From: an uncultured Acidobacteriota bacterium
GTDB taxonomy: Bacteria; Acidobacteriota; Thermoanaerobaculia; Multivoradales; SZUA-115
Reading direction: 5' to 3'
Length of the DNA: 64,000 nt
NCBI GenBank assembly: GCA_963805975.1
Contig: CAWDVR010000003.1
Span: forward strand, 448,001-512,000
The notes under the pieces were generated by a model. That model did not search any database. It had not been told where the DNA came from and saw only the letters and a program-made list of their open reading frames with translations. Below, one piece after another: positions 57,869 through 64,000 of this stretch (positions are counted from its first letter, which is position 1; the number at the start of each line of letters is the position of its first letter). Position numbers and translations under genes: made by a program.

Positions 57869-59035
57869 ATGCGGCGCGCCGTCCTCGCTGCCTGTGTCCT
57901 CCTGGCGGCCTCCACCTCTCTCACTCTTTCGCTCCAGGGCCAACCTGCCTCGCCCGCGCCGCAAGCCTCCGAGCTCGCCGCCCTCCGCGCCGAGATCTCC
58001 GCTCTCGAAGCACGTCTCAAGACCCTGTCCGCACGGCAGAGCGACCTGCGCGGCGAGCTGGCGCGGCTCGACCTCGAGCTGGCGTTGCAGCAGAAGCGCA
58101 GCGCCGAGGCGGCGGTGGCGCGGCGCCTCGCGATCGCCAGAGTGGAGACCGCGGAACTGGCCGTGAACCGCCTCGCGGGCGACCTCGGCCAGGCGCGCGC
58201 CGACCTCTCTCGCCGCCTCGCCGGGCTCTACCGGCTGGGGCGACAAGGGTACGTGCGCCTGCTGCTGGCGGCCGAGCCCGGCTCCGACGTGCTCTCCGCG
58301 GTGCGCTGGATCCGCTACCTGGCACGTCGCGACCGTGCCGCCATCGGCCGCTACGAGCAGGTCCACACCGAGCTCGCGCGGCAGCGCGACGAGCTGGTGG
58401 CGCACCGCGCCGAGGCCGACTCGTGGGCGGAGCAGGAGCGCCGCCGCGGCCGCGAGCTGGCGGAGGGGCGGCGCCGGCATGGCGATCTCCTGGCGGCGGC
58501 CGAGCGCGAGCGGCTGTCGGTGGCCTCGCGCGCCGTCGAGCTGGCGGGCCGGGAGCAGCGGCTGGCGGAGCTCGCCGACGAGCTCTACGACGCCTCCGCG
58601 GCGCCGCTCACCGGCGCGCCCCTCTCCGGAGGCCCCCTCTCGGGCGCCCGTATCCAGGACTTCCGCGGTGCGCTCGCCTGGCCGGCCTCCGGCCGCGTGA
58701 GCGCCGGCTTCGGGCCGCGCATCGACCCGCGCTACAACACCCGCGTGCCCCACCATGGCATCGACCTCGAGACCGAGCCCGGTGCCATTGTCCAGGCCGT
58801 CTATCCCGGCAAGGTGGTGTTCGCCGCCGAGTTCAAGGGCTATGGGCCGACCGCGATCGTCCATCACGCCGGGCGCGTGTTCACGCTCTACGCGGGTCTC
58901 GGAAGCCTGCGGGTGAAGCGGGGCGATGTGCTATCTTTGGGCCAGTCCATCGGGGCGGCGTCAGAGCGCCTCTACTTCGAGATCCGGATCGAAAACCAGC
59001 CCGAAGATCCCACTCCATGGCTCGCCCCGCGATGA
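57869..59035 (+). CDS. envC: Murein hydrolase activator EnvC (coiled coil + degenerate M23)
   Basis: Signal peptide, long coiled coil, LAWPASG, HHGIDL, TLYAGL (second His lost). Confidence 0.85.
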   Translation: MRRAVLAACVLLAASTSLTLSLQGQPASPAPQASELAALRAEISALEARLKTLSARQSDLRGELARLDLELALQQKRSAEAAVARRLAIARVETAELAVNRLAGDLGQARADLSRRLAGLYRLGRQGYVRLLLAAEPGSDVLSAVRWIRYLARRDRAAIGRYEQVHTELARQRDELVAHRAEADSWAEQERRRGRELAEGRRRHGDLLAAAERERLSVASRAVELAGREQRLAELADELYDASAAPLTGAPLSGGPLSGARIQDFRGALAWPASGRVSAGFGPRIDPRYNTRVPHHGIDLETEPGAIVQAVYPGKVVFAAEFKGYGPTAIVHHAGRVFTLYAGLGSLRVKRGDVLSLGQSIGAASERLYFEIRIENQPEDPTPWLAPR

Positions 59036-60204
59036 CTCGAAACCGCCTGTTCTTCCTCTTCCTCTCCGTCCTCGTCGTCCTGCCGCTGATCGCCGGCACG
59101 CTGCTCGCCGCGAACGGCAAGGAGATCGACGACGGCGACTCCTTCTTCAAGTACCTCACCGTCTTCACCGAAGTCCTCACCCGGGTCCGCGAGAACTACG
59201 TGGACCCGCCGGACGCCGAGATGCTGCTCGCCGGCGCGCTCGACGGCACTACGGACGCGCTCGATCCCTTCTCGGTCTACGTGCCGGCCGAGGCCGTGGG
59301 CTCGTTCCTCGCGACGCGCCAGGTGGGGACCTCGCACAGCGGCCTCTTCCTGCTCAAGGAGCACGGCGTGCTCTACGTGGCGGGCGTGGCGCCTGGGAGC
59401 CCGGCTGACACCGCGGGCTTCGAGCTGGGGGACCTGGTGGCGGAGATCGGCACCGAGCTCACCCGCGTCATGCCCCTGTGGCGGGCGCAGCAGATCCTCG
59501 CCGGGCCCGCCGGCACCAAGGCCGACGTGAAGGTGATCCGCCTCGGCGAAGTGATGCACCTGACGCTGACGCTGGCGCCGTTCACGCCGGCGCCGCCGGC
59601 GGCCTCCGAGGCTCGCGGCATCTCCGTGATCAAGCTCGGTGGCTTCGACGCCGCGACGGTCCCCGGCATGGAGACCGCGCTCGCCGCCGCGGCCCGCGCC
59701 GGGCGCGACAAGCTGGTGCTCGACCTGCGGGGCATGGCCGGCGGCGACGCCGAGGTGGCGGTCGGCGTGGCGGGGCTCTTCGCCGGCGGCGAGATCGGCT
59801 CGCTGCAACGCCGTGGCTCGGCGATCGAGACCTTCCGCGGCCGAGACAAGAGCGCCTGGCAGGGCAAGGTGGCGGTGCTCACCGACCGCGGCACGCTGGG
59901 CGCTGCCGAGCTTCTCGCCACCGTCCTGCGCCAACGGATCGGCGCGCAGCTCGTGGGCGAGCGCACCTTCGGCTACAGCGGGCGGCAGGAGCTGGCCGAG
60001 CTTTCCTCCGGCGGGCGCCTGCTCTACACGGACGCCTTCTACGCCGGGCCGGACGGCAAGCCGCTCTCCGAGAGCCTGGTTCCCGACGTGCGCGTCGACG
60101 ACTTCCCGTTCGGGGAGAAGGGTGAGGGCGAGGGCCAGGACCTGACGCTCGAGCGCGCCTTCGGCCTGCTGACGGGCGAGGCGCCGGTGAAGAAGGCGGC
60201 GTAG
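59032..60204 (+). CDS. S41/CtpA-like PDZ protease homologue with catalytic Ser/Lys replaced
   Basis: ENYVD, LDPFSVY, PDZ (GSPA), LVLDLRG; TLGAAE replaces SASASE and GERTFGYSG replaces GERTFGKG. Confidence 0.85.
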   Translation: MTRNRLFFLFLSVLVVLPLIAGTLLAANGKEIDDGDSFFKYLTVFTEVLTRVRENYVDPPDAEMLLAGALDGTTDALDPFSVYVPAEAVGSFLATRQVGTSHSGLFLLKEHGVLYVAGVAPGSPADTAGFELGDLVAEIGTELTRVMPLWRAQQILAGPAGTKADVKVIRLGEVMHLTLTLAPFTPAPPAASEARGISVIKLGGFDAATVPGMETALAAAARAGRDKLVLDLRGMAGGDAEVAVGVAGLFAGGEIGSLQRRGSAIETFRGRDKSAWQGKVAVLTDRGTLGAAELLATVLRQRIGAQLVGERTFGYSGRQELAELSSGGRLLYTDAFYAGPDGKPLSESLVPDVRVDDFPFGEKGEGEGQDLTLERAFGLLTGEAPVKKAA

Positions 60205-60234
60205 CACTCCCGCCTCTTCGCTCTCTCTGCACAC

Positions 60235-61221
60235 ATGCCCGCCCGCTCACGCGCCCGGAGGACCGGCTCCGGATCGACCGCGCGCGGCTCCGGCGGGCGC
60301 GGCCCCCTGTGGTTGCTGGTGCTCGCGGCGCTCGCCGCCGTCGGCTTCGCCTTCTACCTGAGCCGGCGCCCGGCGCCGAGTTCCGAGGCGCCGCCGAAGC
60401 CGTCGCCCGCGCAGCGCGAAGCCCCCGCGCCTACCACCTCGCGCACCGCCCCGCCGGCTGCCCGGCCCGTCGAGACCGCGGCGAGCGAGCCGGCGAGCCC
60501 GGAGGTCCCAACCTCAGAGGATGCCGCACCCGCGGCCGTCGAGGGCGTGCGCATCGCGCTGGTGATCGACGACCTCGGCCGCAGTCTCGAGGATCTCGAG
60601 GTTCTGAAGCGCCTGGGGACCCCCTTGAGCTACGCCGTCCTGCCGTTCGAGACCCGCACCGCGGAAGTGGTGGCGGCGCTCGCCGCAGAGAAGCGGGAGG
60701 TCCTCTGCCACCTGCCGATGGAGCCCGAGACGGGGGCCAACCCCGGCCAGGGTGCGCTCACCTCGGACCTGCGGCCGGAGGAGCTGACCGCCGCCACCGT
60801 CCGCGCTCTCGACGCCGTGCCGGGCGCCGCCGGCGTCAACAACCACATGGGCTCGCGCCTGACGGCCGACCCGGACGCGATGCGCGCCATCCTGGGCGTG
60901 GTGGCGGCGCGCAAGCTCTTCTTCCTCGACTCCAGGACCAGCGCCGAGAGCGTGGGCTACAGGACCGCGCGGGCGTTGGGCATCGCCGCGGCCGAGCGCC
61001 AGGTGTTCCTCGATCGCGATCCCTCGCCGTCGGCGATCGCGGCGCAGTTCGCGCGCTGGCTGGAGGTGGCGCGGGAGAAGGGCGCGGCGATCGCCATCGG
61101 CCATCCCTACCCGGCGACCTTCGCCGTGCTCGAGCGCGAGGTGCCGCTCGCCAAGGCGGCCGGCTACGAGTTCGTGCCGGTGAGCTTTTTGATGGACTCG
61201 ACCGGCGAGCCGCCGCTGTGA
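60235..61221 (+). CDS. Divergent polysaccharide deacetylase (YibQ family)
   Basis: IALVIDDLG, HLPMEP, GVNNHMGS, FLDSRT, AIGHP. Confidence 0.92.
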   Translation: MPARSRARRTGSGSTARGSGGRGPLWLLVLAALAAVGFAFYLSRRPAPSSEAPPKPSPAQREAPAPTTSRTAPPAARPVETAASEPASPEVPTSEDAAPAAVEGVRIALVIDDLGRSLEDLEVLKRLGTPLSYAVLPFETRTAEVVAALAAEKREVLCHLPMEPETGANPGQGALTSDLRPEELTAATVRALDAVPGAAGVNNHMGSRLTADPDAMRAILGVVAARKLFFLDSRTSAESVGYRTARALGIAAAERQVFLDRDPSPSAIAAQFARWLEVAREKGAAIAIGHPYPATFAVLEREVPLAKAAGYEFVPVSFLMDSTGEPPL

Positions 61222-61282
61222 GCTGACACCCAATCCCGAAGGCTCGAACCGCGCTCCCAGAGCGACGACCGTCGCCCTCCTC

Positions 61283-63880
61283 TCATTCGCTCCTCAGGGC
61301 CTCGACCGGTCGTTGCCGGAGCGCGCGGATCGAGGCCGCGAGGCCCGCCACCACGGCGAGCACCACGCTCGCGACGAGCGCCACGGCGAAGGCGCGCGGC
61401 TGGAAGTGCCAGGGGATCTCCATGCCCTCCCGCAGCACCACCCAGGCGAGCACTCCGCCGCCCACCGCGCCGATGGCACCCGCCACCAGGCCGAGGAGCG
61501 AGTACTCCACCGCGAACACCCGCGCCACGCCGCCGCGCGTCAGGCCCAGGGTCTTGAGCAGCGCCACCTCCCGGCCGCGGCGCGCCGCGGAGGCAGCCAC
61601 GGCCCCGGCGAGGATGGCGATGCCGGCGAGCACGGTGAAGCCCCCGAGCAGGCGAATGCCGAGCCCGATGCGCTCGAAGACGGCCGAGACCTTGTCGAGC
61701 AGGCTGCGGATGTTGAGCACGGTGACGTTGGGGAAGCGGTCGACCAGGAGGTCCTGCACCCGCTGCTCCTGGCCGGCAGGGAGGCGCACGGCGGCGACCC
61801 GCTGCTGCGGCGCCTCTTCCAGCACCCCGGGCTCCACCACCCAGAAGAAGTTGATGCCGAAGGTCTGCCATTCGACGGTGCGGAGGCTCCCCACCGTCAG
61901 GGTGATGGGCACGCCTTGCACGTCGAAGTCGAGGCGCGAGCCGACCTTCAGCCGCAGGTCGGCGGCGAACTCCTGCTCGACGCTCACCTCGGGCACCTCG
62001 GGCAGGCCCCAGAGCGTGCCCTCCACCACCCGGTTGTCGGGCGCCAGCTTTTCGAGATAGGTGAGGCGCTGCTCGCGGGTCAGGGCCCAGCGCCGCTCGC
62101 CGTCCTGCTGCTCGCGCTCGCGCGCGGCGAGATCCTGGGTGGACTCGCCGTCGATCGCCGTCAGGCGCGCCGTCACCAGCGGCACGGAGTCGATCCGCTC
62201 GGCGCCCGCCGAGGAGAGCAGGGCCTCCACCCCCGGCCACTGCTCGGGCTGGATGTCGATCAGGAACACGCTGGGCGCGTCCTTGGGCAGATCGGCTCGC
62301 AGGCGATTCACCAGGTGCTCCTCGACCAACCACATGGCGAGCACCACCAGCACGCCCAGGCCCAGGGCGACGATCGCCGCCAGCGTGCCGGCCCCGGGCC
62401 GCGCCAGGGCCGCCAGGCCGTAGGAGAAGGTGAAGCGCCCGCCGCGACTTCCGTCGGCCTGGCGGGAACGCTCGCGGAAGCGGGCGGCGAGGCGGGTGAG
62501 CCCCAGGGCCGCGGCGGCCAGGAGCCCCGTGACCATCGCGATGCCGATGGTGAAGCCGGCCGCGAGCCTCGCCGAGCCGGACTGCACGGCGGCGAGGGCG
62601 AAAATGCCGCCCGAGAGCGCCGCGAGCGTGGCCACGGAAGCGACGCGGCTGGGCGGCAGGGGCTCGGCGTCGCGGCGCAGCACCCGTGCCGGCGGCACGC
62701 GGAAGAGGGCGGCCAGGGGCGGCAGGCTGAAGAGCAGGGCGACCCCGGTGCCGAGGGCCAGGCCGCGAAAGATCGCCGCCGGCTGCCAGAGGTGGATGGC
62801 CTCGGCCGGCACCAGGTCCGGGAGGATCCGCGGCACGGCGATCATCACCGCCAGGCCCGCCCCCACCCCTAGCATGCTTCCGGCCAGGCCCAGGAGCGCC
62901 GTCTGGCCGAAGTAGAGGGCGAAGATCTCGCGCGGCCTGAGCCCCAGGCACTTCAGCACGGCGATCGAGTCCATGCGGCTCGCCAGCCAGGCGCGCACCG
63001 TCTGCGCCACGCCGATGCCGCCGGCGAGGAGGGACACCAGGGCCACCAGCCCGAGGAAGCGGTCGGTGCGCGCCAGCCCCTGGCGCAGGGCCGGCTGGCC
63101 GTCGGCATAGGTCTCGATGCGGAAGTTGGTGCCGGCCAGCTCCTTGAGCGAGGCCGCGAGGGCCTTGAGCTCCTCCTTGGTCATGGTCGCCGGGAGCTTC
63201 AGCAGCAGCCGGTGGTCGGCGCGGCTGCCCCGCTGCTCGAGGTCCGCCCGCGCCAGACCATCGATCGAGATCATCACCCGCGGCCCGGCCACGAAGGCCC
63301 CACCCAGGCGGTCGGGCTCGGCGCTGATGGTGCCGGCGACGCGGAAGCTCTGGCTGCCCACCCGCAGGGCCTCTCCCACCTCGAGGCCGAGCGCGGCCAG
63401 CAGCTCGGGCGCCGCCAGCACGCTCTCCGCATCGAGCAGCTCGGCGAGGGGCCGTTGCGGCTCGGTGGTCACCGCGCCGTAGAAGGGGTAGCCGGGGGCC
63501 ACGGCCTTCAGCTCGACCAGCCGCGAGGGCGCGGGGCGGGAGGGCGGGGGAGAGCCGGGCCGGGGTGCTCCGGACTGGGGCGTCGCGGCGACGACCGTCA
63601 CCAGCTCCTTCACCTCGGCGCGCTCGGCGCCGGTCAGGGAGGCCAGCCGCTCCTCGAGCGCCGGCGGCATGGGCAGCGAGCTGCGGCTCACCACCACCAG
63701 ATCGGCCGCCAGGAGCTGGCGCGCGTCGCTGCGGATCGCCTGGTCCAGGCTCGCGGTCAGGCCCGCCACGGCGACCACGGCGGCGACGCCGACCGCCAGG
63801 CAGGCGAGAAAGAACCCCAGCCTCCGTCCCTGGCCGCGCGACTCGCGCGCCATCTGGCGCAGGTAGAGCGCGGCGGTCAT
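61283..63880 (-). CDS. ABC transporter permease, YbbP-like
   Basis: RQLLAADL, LKAVAPGYPFYG, IAVLKCLG, PSVFLIDIQ, VEWQTFGINFF. Confidence 0.9.
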   Translation of the reverse strand: MTAALYLRQMARESRGQGRRLGFFLACLAVGVAAVVAVAGLTASLDQAIRSDARQLLAADLVVVSRSSLPMPPALEERLASLTGAERAEVKELVTVVAATPQSGAPRPGSPPPSRPAPSRLVELKAVAPGYPFYGAVTTEPQRPLAELLDAESVLAAPELLAALGLEVGEALRVGSQSFRVAGTISAEPDRLGGAFVAGPRVMISIDGLARADLEQRGSRADHRLLLKLPATMTKEELKALAASLKELAGTNFRIETYADGQPALRQGLARTDRFLGLVALVSLLAGGIGVAQTVRAWLASRMDSIAVLKCLGLRPREIFALYFGQTALLGLAGSMLGVGAGLAVMIAVPRILPDLVPAEAIHLWQPAAIFRGLALGTGVALLFSLPPLAALFRVPPARVLRRDAEPLPPSRVASVATLAALSGGIFALAAVQSGSARLAAGFTIGIAMVTGLLAAAALGLTRLAARFRERSRQADGSRGGRFTFSYGLAALARPGAGTLAAIVALGLGVLVVLAMWLVEEHLVNRLRADLPKDAPSVFLIDIQPEQWPGVEALLSSAGAERIDSVPLVTARLTAIDGESTQDLAAREREQQDGERRWALTREQRLTYLEKLAPDNRVVEGTLWGLPEVPEVSVEQEFAADLRLKVGSRLDFDVQGVPITLTVGSLRTVEWQTFGINFFWVVEPGVLEEAPQQRVAAVRLPAGQEQRVQDLLVDRFPNVTVLNIRSLLDKVSAVFERIGLGIRLLGGFTVLAGIAILAGAVAASAARRGREVALLKTLGLTRGGVARVFAVEYSLLGLVAGAIGAVGGGVLAWVVLREGMEIPWHFQPRAFAVALVASVVLAVVAGLAASIRALRQRPVEALRSE

Positions 63881-64000
63881 CGCGCCGGCTCGGGGCCGGA
63901 ACCGAGCCTGGACCCGGCCTCGCTCCGCGTCTCGATGCGCTCGATGCGACCGTCCCGCAGGTGGACCAGCCGGTCGGCGCGCTGGGCGATCTCGAGGTCG
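63877..64000 (-). CDS. C-terminus of an ABC ATP-binding protein (YbbA/LolD-like), partial
   Basis: DLEIAQRADRLVHLRDGRI, the segment that follows the H-loop; ATGA overlap with the permease. Confidence 0.85.
   Translation of the reverse strand, partial: DLEIAQRADRLVHLRDGRIERIETRSEAGSRLGSGPEPAR

Overview
This is a very GC-rich (about 70% by eye), gene-dense bacterial chromosomal window. Two ADOP-type duplicated ABC permeases (one behind a PadR regulator), a C-terminal FADGFESG tail and many secreted HEAT/TPR/FG-GAP proteins point to Acidobacteriota, probably class Thermoanaerobaculia (inference). About 58 CDSs are supportable. Housekeeping genes include infC, an HU gene, moaB, envC-ctpA-yibQ and a ybbA/ybbP-like ABC pair. 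There are two intact toxin-antitoxin modules (mazEF-like, vapBC), one vapBC relic, and three families of REP-like palindromes, but no rRNA, tRNA, CRISPR array or transposase was seen. The best candidate for an undescribed system is 20602-26568: a sulfotransferase divergent from an operon of two AlkP-superfamily envelope enzymes, a 64-aa ribbon-helix-helix-like protein carrying a stand-alone RLRGLGY tail, and a DUF106/EMC3 (Oxa1-superfamily)-like membrane protein. Other leads are an orphan toxin-type deaminase, a 10-Cys pre-pro-peptide, a secreted dodecin-like protein, a CtpA lacking its catalytic residues, a sigma-54 POTRA/two-component operon, a tipA-like 19-bp-spacer promoter and a REP element embedded in an anti-sigma gene. 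All family calls come from motif recognition by eye; no searches were run.
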